A stretch of 64,000 nucleotides of DNA from an uncultured Bacteroidales bacterium (lineage in GTDB: Bacteria; Bacteroidota; Bacteroidia; Bacteroidales; VadinHA17): contig CAVRZV010000010.1 in assembly GCA_963725785.1 (NCBI GenBank), forward strand, positions 384,619-448,618, in the 5' to 3' direction. The notes beneath the pieces were generated by a model. The model had not been told where the DNA came from. It was given only the letters and a program-made list of their open reading frames with translations, and did no database searches. Position numbers and translations under genes: made by a program. Shown here piece by piece: positions 11,267 to 20,595 of this stretch. Position 1 is the stretch's first letter; every line of letters begins with the position of its first letter.

Positions 11267-11880
11267 CTAATTTCCTTTATTTTCTTTTCCAGATGCAATT
11301 ATTCCTTTTTCAGTTGCTATACCCCGGACGTGATATGTCAGAAGTTCCACAAATAGTTTTAATGAAGCTAAATTCCTCTACTGTGAACAGATCACTTAGA
11401 TTTGTGAATCTTCTCACCCTCGACAGGTATAACTTTGCAATTATTTCTTTGTTCATTTCCTCACGATACAATCCCTCTTTTATCCCTTTTTTCAGGTTTA
11501 GGAGAATATATTGATAAATTCCTTCTCTGCGGGCTTTTACAGTTTTTTGATAATGTGGGGATAGTATTTTTTAAGATCATGTTCTGTTGCCGGATTCTGA
11601 TCCTGCATCATTTTATTCATGAAAATGGATATCTCAAATAATTCTTCAATAGCATTGAAACCAATTCCGAAACATTTGCAAATTTCTTCCTGCCTCAATG
11701 AGAATTTCGTTATCGATAAATTTCCCAACGAGATCATCTTTGTCAGTAACGATACTGGTAAAGAGTCTTTTTTGAAATGCCCAGTTCTCTCGCAACATCA
11801 TCCATTGTTATACTCTTGATTCCGTATTTCATGTATAGCTCACGAACCTTCAGAAGTATGTTTTTCAACTCGTCATTCAT
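11267..11880 (-). pseudogene. TetR/AcrR-family regulator, about 4 frameshifts
   Basis: The reverse strand from 11880 reads MNDELKNILLKVRELYMKYGIKSITMDDVARELGISKKTLYQY (a TetR HTH). The rest is recoverable only by switching frames, down to ...YHVRGIATEKG and a stop at 11267. Confidence 0.7.
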
Positions 11881-12030
11881 GCTGCAAAAATAATATCAAA
11901 AAACTCAGGAAACAAATTTTATATAAAAAGTTTCCTGAGTTTATCAAAAATTTAACAATAATGTAACAAATCAATACAAGGACTCCCGGCAATATTCTTA
12001 ACTATAACAGTCTTATCGAAAGATTAACTT

Positions 12031-12250
12031 CGGTGAGCTCGATTCTGCTCAGATCCTCGCTTCACTCGGAATGACATTAATTTTAGTTGGATTATGGGCG
12101 AAGAAGTGGCGCTTTACATTACTAACGCATATTAAATTTATCGCTCACTTGAAAACGCCATTTACTTACCCTGTTGCCCCTCGGAGTCAAATGTGTCATT
12201 CTGACTGCGAAGTCGCACAGAGATCTCCAAGCTCCCCGAGGGTATACGAG
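12031..12250. repeat. ~220-bp nested imperfect palindrome (outer arms ...CGGAATGACA / TGTCATTCTGA...)
   Basis: The reverse complement of 12031-12076 begins tgtcattccgagtgaagcgaggatctg. The stretch from 12194 begins tgtcattctgactgcgaagtcgcacagagatct. An inner pair is aagtggcgctttac / gaaaacgccattt. Confidence 0.5.
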
Positions 12251-12347
12251 AGAATAATTAATCTGGTTTGATGCAGTTAGGATTATGATTCTAAATACTA
12301 ATTATTAAATAATTTCATTAATATTGAAATAAAAAATAACCAGTATT

Positions 12348-12903
12348 ATGACAGAACAGATTAAGCAGATTGCTGAAAGAATAAAAGAGATCAGGGAGAT
12401 CTCCGGAATTTCTGCTGAAACTCTGGCAGATAAGTTAGGTATCCCGCATGATCTTTATGTAAATTACGAAAGCGGAAATACAGACATCCCTGTCGGTATT
12501 ATTTTTAAAATTTCAGAACTGTTTAATATTGAGCTATCTGTTATGCTTGGCGGAGATAATCCAAAGCTCCGTATTTATGGTGTTGTCCGGAAAGGAAAAG
12601 GATTAAATCTGGAACGCAGGAAACAATATAAATATGAAAATCTTGCTTATAATTTTATTCATAAAAAAGCTGAACCTTTTATGGTTACCATTGACCCTGA
12701 ATTCGGAAAATACTCTACTTGATTTCAATTCACATCCCGGACAGGAGTTTAATTATGTGATAGAAGGAACAATGATGATTATTATTGACGGACATGAGAT
12801 CATTCTGAATGAAGGTGATTCAATTTATTTTAATTCAGGATATAAACATACTATGAAGGCTTTGAACAATAAACAGGTCAGATTTCTGGCAATAGTTTTA
12901 TAA
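12348..12903 (+). pseudogene. XRE-family HTH regulator with C-terminal cupin domain, one frameshift (~12640-12720)
   Basis: ORF 12348-12722 carries the HTH (ISAETLADKLGIPHDLYVNYESG). ORF 12634-12903 carries the cupin core ([12 protein letters not shown]...[12 protein letters not shown]). Confidence 0.8.
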
Positions 12904-12924
12904 TACTTATTAGAAAAGAGAATA

Positions 12925-14592
12925 ATGATACTTAGAAAAATATCTTCGACAAAATTGATTTAACTCTTACCAGGATTTTAAGGAAAACTTTAAAATAAAT
13001 ATTCCTGAAAATTTCAATTTTGCTTTTGATGTTGTTGATGAAATAGCAGTCTGCAGATCCATCATAAAATTGCAATGGTCTGGTGCAATGATAAGGGAAA
13101 TGAAGCCACCTTTACATTCGGACAGATGAAATATTACAGCGATAAAGCTGCAAATTTCTTCATATCGGCAGGTATAAGGAAAGGTGACCCGGTAATGCTT
13201 ATTCTGAAAAGACGTTATGAATACTGGTTTTGTACACTTGCTTTAAATAAAATCGGTGCCATAACAATACCTGCAACCCATTTACTTTACTACAAAAGAT
13301 ATTATTTACAGGAATAATGCAGCTGATATTAAAATGATTGTATGCGTTCCTGAACCAGAAGCAATACAGCATATTGAAGAATCAGAAAGCAAATCTCCTT
13401 CACTTGAAATAAAAAGCTTTGATTGGTGAAGATCGTGAAGGCTGGCTGAATTTTACCAGAGGGATGGAAAACAGTTCTGAAATCTTTATAAGACCTCCAT
13501 AAAGTGCAAGCCACAAGTAATGAGGATATAATGCTTCTTTATTTTACCTCAGGAACAACCGGTATGCCAAAGATGGTTAATCATGATTTTATTTATCCTC
13601 TGGGACATATTCTTACTGCAAAATACTGGCAGAATGTTCAGGATAACGGGCTTCATTTTACTGTAGCCGATACCGGCTGGGCAAAATCGGCATGGGGAAA
13701 AATCTATGGTCAATGGTTATCGGGAAGTGCTGTAATGACTTATGATTATGATAAGTTTGTTCCAAAAAACCTTATGGATGTTATTGAAAAATATAAAGTT
13801 ACCACTTTTTGTGCACCTCCTACTATTTACAGGTTTCTTATTAAAGAAGATCTTAACAAAATATGACCTCAGCAATCTTAAATATTGTGTTGTTGCCGGA
13901 GAACCATTAAATCCGGAAGTTTTTAAACAATTTCTATGAACAGACAGGGATCAAGCTCATGGAAGGATATGGCCAGACAGAATGTACTGTAGCTGTTGCA
14001 ACATATCCATGGATGGAACCAAAACCAGGTTCCATGGGCATGCCTACACCGGGATATGATATTGAGATTATTGATGAAGAGGGTAATCCCTGTGAAGCCG
14101 GAAACGAAGGAGAGATCAGTTATACGACACTGACAATAGAAAACCTGTTGGAATGTTTAATGGCTATTACCGTGACGACCAGTTAACTGCAAGTGTCTGG
14201 CAAAAGGTATTTATAAAACCGGTGATATGGCATGGCGTGATGAAGATGGTTATTTCTGGTTTGTAGGCAGAGCTGATGATGTAATAAAGAGCTCCGGATA
14301 CCGTATCGGTCCTTTTGAAGTTGAAAGCGCTCTTATGGAACATCCTGCTGTTCTCGAATGTGCAATTACCGCTGTACCTGATCCTGACAGGGGACAGATT
14401 GTAAAAGCTACAATTGTTCCTTCAAAAAACTATACTCCGGGTGATGAACTGGCAAAAGAACTTCAGGAACATGTTAAAAAAGTAACTGCTCCTTATAAAT
14501 ATCCACGTATAGTTGAATTTGTAACTGAACTTCCTAAAACAATCAGCGGGAAAATCAGAAGAGTTCAGATTCGTGATGAAGACAAATTGTGA
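12925..14592 (+). pseudogene. AMP-dependent acyl-CoA synthetase/ligase, at least 8 frameshifts
   Basis: Colinear fragments carry adenylate-forming core motifs: [56 protein letters not shown] and [10 protein letters not shown]. Confidence 0.85.
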
Positions 14593-14627
14593 TCTTTGCG
14601 TAAAGCCTTTGCGATCTCTGTGGTTAA
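14593..14627 (+). repeat. single-arm CTTTGCG/CTCTGTGGTTAA word repeat directly after a stop codon
   Basis: Sequence tga|tctttgcgtaaagcctttgcgatctctgtggttaa. It has the same GGTTAA ending as the 5201, 15693 and 38890 loci. Confidence 0.55.
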
Positions 14628-14634
14628 TACCATA

Positions 14635-15175
14635 CTATTTTTCCAGAATCTTTTTCAGGTTCTGTAACCCTTTTTCCAGGTCGTTTCCAACCATCTTATT
14701 CATATTCATAAAGAGTAACATCAGATTCATCGGATATTTCATCTTTCCATTGAATTTCCATTCAATTCTCGGTCTGGCTGTCAGATACAAAAACTGCAGA
14801 CATCGAAGCAAGACTTGTTGACTCGAAAGGCTTAATAAAGCGGATCTCATAATCGACTCTTTCGCCATCGACAACCTTAAGTATTTCCTGTTCGCCCTTG
14901 CCGACATTTTTATTTTCACTGTCCCAGGCGGAAACAAAGCCGCTGGTCCCATCTGTGCCACTGAATTTCTTTTTCATGTTGGGATCCATAGTGGCCCATA
15001 CGCTATACTCATTCTGGTTTTTCAAAAACCTGATATAATCAAAAACCAAAGATTTTGGTCTGTTAACTATTACCTCCCGGGAAACGGTATATTCCTTTTT
15101 TACAAACATTCCGATTATTAATAATAATATTAGAATGCCTATGACTAGTGCAGCTATTACGATTAGTGTATTCAT
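14635..15175 (-). pseudogene. membrane-anchored SRPBCC-superfamily protein, at least 1 frameshift near 14800
   Basis: ORF 14762-15175 (N-terminal TM helix plus SRPBCC-like core) continues in the frame of ORF 14635-14961 (...IEWKFNGKMKYPMN...LEK). Confidence 0.6.
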
Positions 15176-15285
15176 TTTTCTATTTTTTTAATAAACACTG
15201 CTTTACAGGAAATGTTTAATCACAATACGGATTTCTCTATAATAGTTGTTCAGGCAAGTGAGGGTGTTTCAAAAGTCAAAATCCA

Positions 15286-15693
15286 TTAACCGCAGACGTC
15301 CCGATAACTATGTAATACTTCACAATTTTGGAAACAAATTTAAGCTACTCTTTTTTATTTTGAACCCCCTTTCATTTTCCCCCAAGGGGGAAATGTTTAG
15401 CTACTCCTTCCCCCGTGGGGGAAAGCCTGCCCCGCTTCGGCGGGGGCTGGGAAGGGGGTAAAGAGATAATGAGAAGAAGACTTGAAATTGTGAAATAGCA
15501 TTCAAAAAAACTGTTACATAAATTCTGAAGAAATACATAGCTGTCAGGAGCACAAAGTTCACAAAGAGTTTTGCCCCCCGCTCTCCCGCTTAGGCAGGGC
15601 TAATTCACTAAATGTGTTAAAGTTACTCCCCCTTTAGGGGGATGGCCACGAAGTGGCCAGGGGGAGTGCATACTTTGTGTACTTTGTGGTTAA
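15286..15693. repeat. ~400-bp composite element bounded by TTAACCGCAGA...CTTTGTGGTTAA, containing two clusters of G/C-rich stem-loops
   Basis: Hairpins are ttcccccaaggggg aa (15377-15392), cttcccccgtgggggaag (~15407-15425), ccccgc-TTCG-gcgggg (15430-15445), ccccctttaggggg (15628-15641) and tggccac-gaa-gtggcca (15643-15659). There is also an alternative long-range stem, ACTCCCCC (15625-15632) with GGGGGAGT (15660-15667). Confidence 0.65.
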
Positions 15694-15723
15694 AAAGGAC
15701 CTTTAAGACAGCTACTGTATTCT

Positions 15724-16128
15724 TTAAACGAGGAATCTCGCTTTAATATCTGCTTCCGGAAACATGCATTCCTCCCTTCTGCCAAATATTCTGTACCTGT
15801 GAAATGCAATAACCTTATATACAAAGTCCCTGATAAATTCAGGTATGATTGCTAAGCCGGAAAACAATCTCCATCCGCCTCCTAAAACTTTAAATATGTG
15901 CAGAATAGCTGAAGATTTAAGAAAAACTTTATCGTCTTCAACTAAAACTATGGAATTGATATCATGAATTGAGAGACCTGCTTTTGCGAGAATAGAAACT
16001 CCGGAAGCAGACTGCAACGGGGTAAACCGGATCTTTGCCTGCTTGTCTCTTTTGATAATAAATATTATCAGTCTGTTACATAATATGCATACTCCATCAT
16101 AAAGTAATATCGGGCCCTTTGAATTCAT
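15724..16128 (-). CDS. thiol-disulfide oxidoreductase, DCC family (DUF393)
   Basis: Motif LLYDGVCILCN. The likely start is MNSKGPILLYDG at 16128; the track ORF extends to 16146. This is the only gene in the 7.8-17.4 kb interval that reads without a frameshift. Confidence 0.75.
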   Translation of the reverse strand: MNSKGPILLYDGVCILCNRLIIFIIKRDKQAKIRFTPLQSASGVSILAKAGLSIHDINSIVLVEDDKVFLKSSAILHIFKVLGGGWRLFSGLAIIPEFIRDFVYKVIAFHRYRIFGRREECMFPEADIKARFLV

Positions 16129-16176
16129 ACAACAGAAAACAAACAATACGGTAAAAGGTTGAATAACCTGGCATTA

Positions 16177-17420
16177 TCACCGTCTGTGGTTTCTTCTGTC
16201 GGGAATAAGGTTCTTTGAAGAACCGAACCTGTTAGGGATGCGGCTATTATGTTGTTGTCTTGATGTCTTTACCGGATTATTGTCAATCAGAGGAAAGGGA
16301 TGATCATCAATAACCTGTATCTTTTTTGTTATCAGCTTTTCGATATCCCTCAGATACTCTTTTTCTTCTGCATCACAGAATGAAATCGCAGTACCGTTTG
16401 CCCCTGCCCTGTCCTGTTCTGCCGATACGATGGACATATGTTTCGGAGATATTGGGAATTTCATAATTAATAACATACTCAAGATCATCCACATCAATAC
16501 CACGGGCGGCAATATCAGTAGCTACGAGCACTCGTGTAGTCTGTGCTTTGAAACCTGATAAGCGCCTTTTGTCTGCGCATTTTGTGCTTTATTTCCATGA
16601 ATCGCTTCTGCACTGATATTCTTCTTTTTAAGCACTCTCACAACTTTGTCGGCACCGAATTTGGTCCGGGTAAATACCAGAGCAGTTTTTATCTTTTCAT
16701 CCTTTAATAACTCAAGTAAAAGTGAATTTTTATTTCCCCTGTCAATAAAGTAGACAAACTGATTCACTATATCCACAGTTGATGCAGAAGGTGTAACTTC
16801 CACTTTCACCGGTTTATAAACAATTGATCCGGCCAGCCTGACGATTTCCGGAGGCATTGTTGCTGAGAAAAACAGCGATTGCCTTTTTTGAGGAAGAGCC
16901 GCAATTATTTTTCTTACGTCATGTATAAAACCCATATCGAGCATCCTGTCGGCTTCATCGAGAACAAATATTTCAACATCCTTAAGTGAAATAAATCCCT
17001 GATTCATAAGATCAAGAAGTCTGCCCGGCGTAGCAACCAGAATATCCACACCATTTCTAAGGCATTGGTCTGCGGATTTTGATTCACTCCTCCGAAAACA
17101 ACAGTGCATGTCATACCGGTATGACGGCCATATGCTTTAAAACTCTCTTCGATCTGGATTGCCAGTTCCCGTGTTGGTGTAACTATAAGGCTCCGGATCT
17201 TTCTTCTTTCTGTCAGACGATTTATTCTTGCTTAAAAGCTGAAGTATGGGTACTGCAAAAGCAGCTGTTTTTCCTGTTCCTGTCTGGGCACATCCAATAA
17301 GATCGGTTCCCTGAGTATAATCGGTATTGCCTGTACCTGTATCGGTGTTGGAATTGTGTAACCTTCTTCTTTTAACGATCTGAGTATTGGTTCAATAATG
17401 TTCAATGATTCAAAATGCAT
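16177..17420 (-). pseudogene. DEAD-box ATP-dependent RNA helicase, at least 4-5 frameshifts
   Basis: Fragments carry [18 protein letters not shown] (DEAD box), FSATMP, and [13 protein letters not shown] recoverable by frame switching. There is a basic C-terminal tail. Confidence 0.85.
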
Positions 17421-17560
17421 CCATAAATATTTAAGTTTTAAAGTCCGGGATAAGTAAAATCGCTATTCTACAAGGTATCTCCGTATTGAATGGCGACAAA
17501 GGTAGTCTTTATTATCGGGAGTTTCCGATTTTTGTTATAACAGGCTGATAAACAAGATAT

Positions 17561-17636
17561 GAGGTTTAAGGTTTAAGGTGGAGGTGAAAGTTGAAAGTTT
17601 AGACATTAACATGTACCAATCAACTTTAACCTCTCC
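17561..17636. repeat. GGTTTAAGG/GTTGAAAG word hairpin just downstream of the SDR gene stop; probable terminator
   Basis: gaggtttaaggtttaaggtggaggtgaaagttgaaagttt ... caactttaacctctcc. The right arm is the reverse complement of part of the left arm. Confidence 0.55.
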
Positions 17637-17649
17637 CAACTCATAAGTA

Positions 17650-18573
17650 CTAGAGAGAGTGCTTCACTGTAAGTCTTACACCTTCCTGATATGTTGTTGT
17701 TTTGAAATTAAATCTCTTCTCGAATTTTGATGAGTCGAAAAAATAGTCTCTCTCGTATTGATACATCATTTCCGGCATCTCTTTCATAACAGGTATTAAG
17801 ATTCCAAGAATCTTAATCAGCCAGAGGGGCATAACCGATATTTTATTTGCAACGTTCATTTCCCTCGCAAAAAGTTCTATAAATTCTCTTCCTGTAAGGG
17901 TGTTTTTATCTGTCGGGAGATGCCAGACAGTATTATACGCATCATCTGTATTTCCAAGTAAGGCTGTTGCTCTTGCAGCATCCGGAGTAAAGGTAAATGA
18001 ATGCTTCTTGTCGGCGTCAATGAACCAGTTGGCCGCTTTCTTTTTTAAAAGATTTTTATATACCATTTCGATGACAAAGCTCTTCTCGTTACCCGGACCG
18101 TAGAAATCAGCAGAACGTGCAATAAGTGCCATCAGTTTTCCTGCGTTTACTTCATCCATTATCATTTGTGCAATCTGTCTCCTCACAACACCTTTCTTAC
18201 TTGGAGGATTAATGTCAGAATCCTCAGTCATGTGCGGAATAGCATTTATATCATACATATAAACATTGTCAAAAAAAACCAGTCTGGCTTTATGCTTAAT
18301 ACATGCATCGATAGTAGCTCTCATGAACCGGGGCCATTTTTCTTCCCAGACTTTCAGGTTATAGTCAAAACCCACGACAACAAAAACAACATCTGACCCA
18401 CTGACAGCCTGATCGACAATAGCCGGATATGACAAATCAGCAGGAAACAGCTCATCTGTTTCATTCACTTTCCTTGGATTACGGCTTACCAGCCTTATTT
18501 TATCTGTATATTTTGTCAGTTCCTTTGCCAATACAGAACCTATCGTACCGTTTGCTCCTAAAATTGTTTGCAT
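17650..18573 (-). CDS. NAD(P)-binding SDR/NmrA-like epimerase-family protein
   Basis: N-terminal Rossmann motif ILGANGTIGSVLAKEL. 307 aa, intact. Confidence 0.7.
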   Translation of the reverse strand: MQTILGANGTIGSVLAKELTKYTDKIRLVSRNPRKVNETDELFPADLSYPAIVDQAVSGSDVVFVVVGFDYNLKVWEEKWPRFMRATIDACIKHKARLVFFDNVYMYDINAIPHMTEDSDINPPSKKGVVRRQIAQMIMDEVNAGKLMALIARSADFYGPGNEKSFVIEMVYKNLLKKKAANWFIDADKKHSFTFTPDAARATALLGNTDDAYNTVWHLPTDKNTLTGREFIELFAREMNVANKISVMPLWLIKILGILIPVMKEMPEMMYQYERDYFFDSSKFEKRFNFKTTTYQEGVRLTVKHSL

Positions 18574-18673
18574 AGCTGCTTAAGTTATCAGGCTTTTTGA
18601 ATTTGTTCATACCTGTCTTATCATCAAATACAGAATAACATCTGTATAAGATGAAAGTTCATTTAAATAGAAA

Positions 18674-18753
18674 GGCACAACGGCACAACGGCGCAATGGC
18701 ACAATGGCACAATGGCACAAAGGCGCAACGGCACAAAGGCGCAGCGGTGCAGT
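18674..18753. repeat. 10 tandem copies of a degenerate 8-bp unit GGCACAAN
   Basis: ggcacaac ggcacaac ggcgcaat ggcacaat ggcacaat ggcacaaa ggcgcaac ggcacaaa ggcgcagc ggtgcagt. Confidence 0.9.
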
Positions 18754-18789
18754 GGTAAAGGTATCCCAATAATTAAACTCCGGTTATAA

Positions 18790-18861
18790 AGACTAAAGGA
18801 CCGCAGGACTGCAAGACCGTAGGACTGCAAAACCAAAAGACGTCAGGACTATAAAACTGTC
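18790..18861. repeat. ~9 tandem copies of a degenerate 8-bp unit GGACTGCA
   Basis: agactaaa ggaccgca ggactgca agaccgta ggactgca aaaccaaa agacgtca ggactata aaactgtc. It ends 8 nt before the SPFH gene stop codon. Confidence 0.85.
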
Positions 18862-18869
18862 AGAAAGTA

Positions 18870-19787
18870 TTACTTCATTTTAGTTGATTCCGAATCCTTC
18901 TTTACCCCTCCCGGTGTGAGACCCATAGTTAATGCCGTCATACCGGCCAGTCCACCAAGTTGCATGGTTTCAAGCGCTGAACTGGGGACAATTACAATGG
19001 TGGAGTTGGTTTTTAATCCTTCGTATAACATATTCATTGCCCTGAGATGCAGAGCAGTAGGATTATCAGCATAAGTTTTGGCAGCTTCTCCGAATTTTTC
19101 TGCTACCTGCCGTTCTGAATCACCAAGGATCACTCTTGCCTGGCGTTCCCTTTCAGCTTGTGCCTGCATCGACATTGCATCCTGAAGGGAAGAAGGAATA
19201 AGGACATCTTTAACCTCAACAGATATCACATTTATACCCCAGGGTTCGGTACGGTCGTCAATGATCTTCTGAAGCTGCTCACTCATTTTATCTCTCCCTT
19301 CGAGCATCTCAGATAGCATTGTCTTGCCGATAACATCGCGTAATGCTGTCTGAGAAGCCCAGTTAATGGCATTTCTGTATTCAGCAATTTCAAGTGCAGC
19401 TTTTTTAGCGTCAAGTACCTTCCAGAAAAGAACAGCATCAACATCAACAGGGACGGTATCTTTTGTAAGAGTTTTTTCTGCAGTGAATGATGTTGTTATT
19501 ACTCTGTTATCAATCCAGTATGCGACAGTGTCAACGATCGGGATAATTAGAAAAAGACCTGGTCCCCTGAGCGACTGGAACCGTCCCAGTCTTAAAACAA
19601 CAGCTTTTTCCCACTGATCAGCAATCTTAATGGCCGATGAAAAAACAATGGCAATAAGGAAAGTAATTACACCAATTACCATAGTTCCGGAACCTGCCAA
19701 CTGCTTATTTCCGGAATATGCAATACCTAAACCGATAGCAATAATGACAAAAAAGATCAAAACTGAAAAGGAACTTCTTGTTTTCAT
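18870..19787 (-). CDS. SPFH/band-7 (stomatin/slipin-like) membrane protein
   Basis: Two N-terminal TM helices, then a conserved SPFH core (VVLRLGRF...GPGLFLIIP...VDVDAVLFWKV) and an Ala/Glu-rich coiled-coil. Confidence 0.8.
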   Translation of the reverse strand: MKTRSSFSVLIFFVIIAIGLGIAYSGNKQLAGSGTMVIGVITFLIAIVFSSAIKIADQWEKAVVLRLGRFQSLRGPGLFLIIPIVDTVAYWIDNRVITTSFTAEKTLTKDTVPVDVDAVLFWKVLDAKKAALEIAEYRNAINWASQTALRDVIGKTMLSEMLEGRDKMSEQLQKIIDDRTEPWGINVISVEVKDVLIPSSLQDAMSMQAQAERERQARVILGDSERQVAEKFGEAAKTYADNPTALHLRAMNMLYEGLKTNSTIVIVPSSALETMQLGGLAGMTALTMGLTPGGVKKDSESTKMK

Positions 19788-19940
19788 AAGTATATCTCCT
19801 ATTATTTAATAATAAATCAGGTAATTCATTTGTTCCAGATTTTTAGGATCGGTTCAGATCTTTTACATCTTCTGCCGATAATACCAAATTTAGGTATTTT
19901 AAAATAATGATGCAATAATATTATATGGGGTGAGGCGAAT

Positions 19941-19991
19941 GGCAAGAGGCAAGAGGCAAGAGCTGTGAGGTATGAAGTATAAGGTATGAAG
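19941..19991. repeat. short-word tandem repeats (GGCAAGAG x3, GTATGAAG x2-3) in a divergent intergenic region
   Basis: ggcaagaggcaagaggcaagag ctgtgaggtatgaagtataaggtatgaagc. Confidence 0.7.
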
Positions 19992-20064
19992 CTTGCGGGT
20001 ATTTTGAACTTTGACATAAATTCCGTGTTATATTTTTCATTTAGTATGCTCAATTTATTAAAAG

Positions 20065-20502
20065 ATGGAAACACTTAAAACCAAAACAATAACCGTTGAA
20101 ACCAGAATAATGGCTCCAATTAAGAAAGTATGGAATTTCTGGACAGAACCTTGTCATATCACTAAATGGTGCTTTGCCTCAGATGACTGGCATGCTCCAT
20201 TTGCAGAGAATGACCTCAGGGTGAATGGAAAATTTAAGACAAAAATGGCTTCAAAAGACGGGAGTGCTGGTTTCAGCTTCGAAGGTATATACACAAGAGT
20301 AATCAGACACAAAGTAATTGAATATAACATTGCCGATAAAAGGAAAGTTATTATCACATTTTCCAGTCACGGAAATGAAACAAAAGTGGTTGAATCTTTT
20401 GATCCCGAAAATGAGAATCCGCCTGAGATGCAAAAAAGTGGCTGGCAATCCATCCTTGACAACTTTAAAAAATATGCAGAATCAAATACTCAGGAAATAT
20501 GA
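20065..20502 (+). CDS. SRPBCC-superfamily protein (AHSA1/START-like)
   Basis: 145 aa. Pattern KVWNFWTEP..ITKW and the size match Aha1-domain SRPBCC proteins. Confidence 0.65.
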   Translation: METLKTKTITVETRIMAPIKKVWNFWTEPCHITKWCFASDDWHAPFAENDLRVNGKFKTKMASKDGSAGFSFEGIYTRVIRHKVIEYNIADKRKVIITFSSHGNETKVVESFDPENENPPEMQKSGWQSILDNFKKYAESNTQEI

Positions 20503-20507
20503 AAAAA

Positions 20508-20543
20508 ATGAATCCGGTTGTACATTTTGAGATGCCTGCGTAT
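20508..20543 (+). pseudogene. 5' remnant (about 12 codons) of a VOC/glyoxalase-family gene
   Basis: The ATG at 20508 reads MNPVVHFEMPAY, the characteristic N-terminus of VOC-family proteins. The frame then runs into the tRNA terminator and the tRNA itself. Confidence 0.35.
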
Positions 20544-20554
20544 TCTGTTGCCAT

Positions 20555-20589
20555 GAGAAAAAAACAAAGGCACCATAATGATGCCTTTG
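20555..20589 (-). terminator. intrinsic terminator of tRNA-Lys
   Basis: On the minus strand, stem caaaggca / tgcctttg (20565-20572 / 20582-20589) with a 9-nt loop, followed by a T-run of 7-9 nt (plus-strand A-run 20555-20564). Confidence 0.75.
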
Positions 20590-20595
20590 TACATG

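Noticed and set aside
15246-15461. 71-aa ORF ending ...GGKPAPLRRGLGRG
   Set aside because: It lies entirely within the G/C-rich hairpin cluster. Its composition is dictated by C5/G5 stems, and it has no start context.
7833-17420. Alternative genetic code or stop-codon reassignment as the cause of the broken genes
   Set aside because: The disruptions are changes of frame, not in-frame stop codons. The flanking 54 kb translates normally with the standard code.
18674-18861. Possible CRISPR array, because of the regularly spaced repeats
   Set aside because: The period is only 8 bp with no unique spacers. There are no cas genes anywhere in the window. It is a microsatellite-like tandem repeat.
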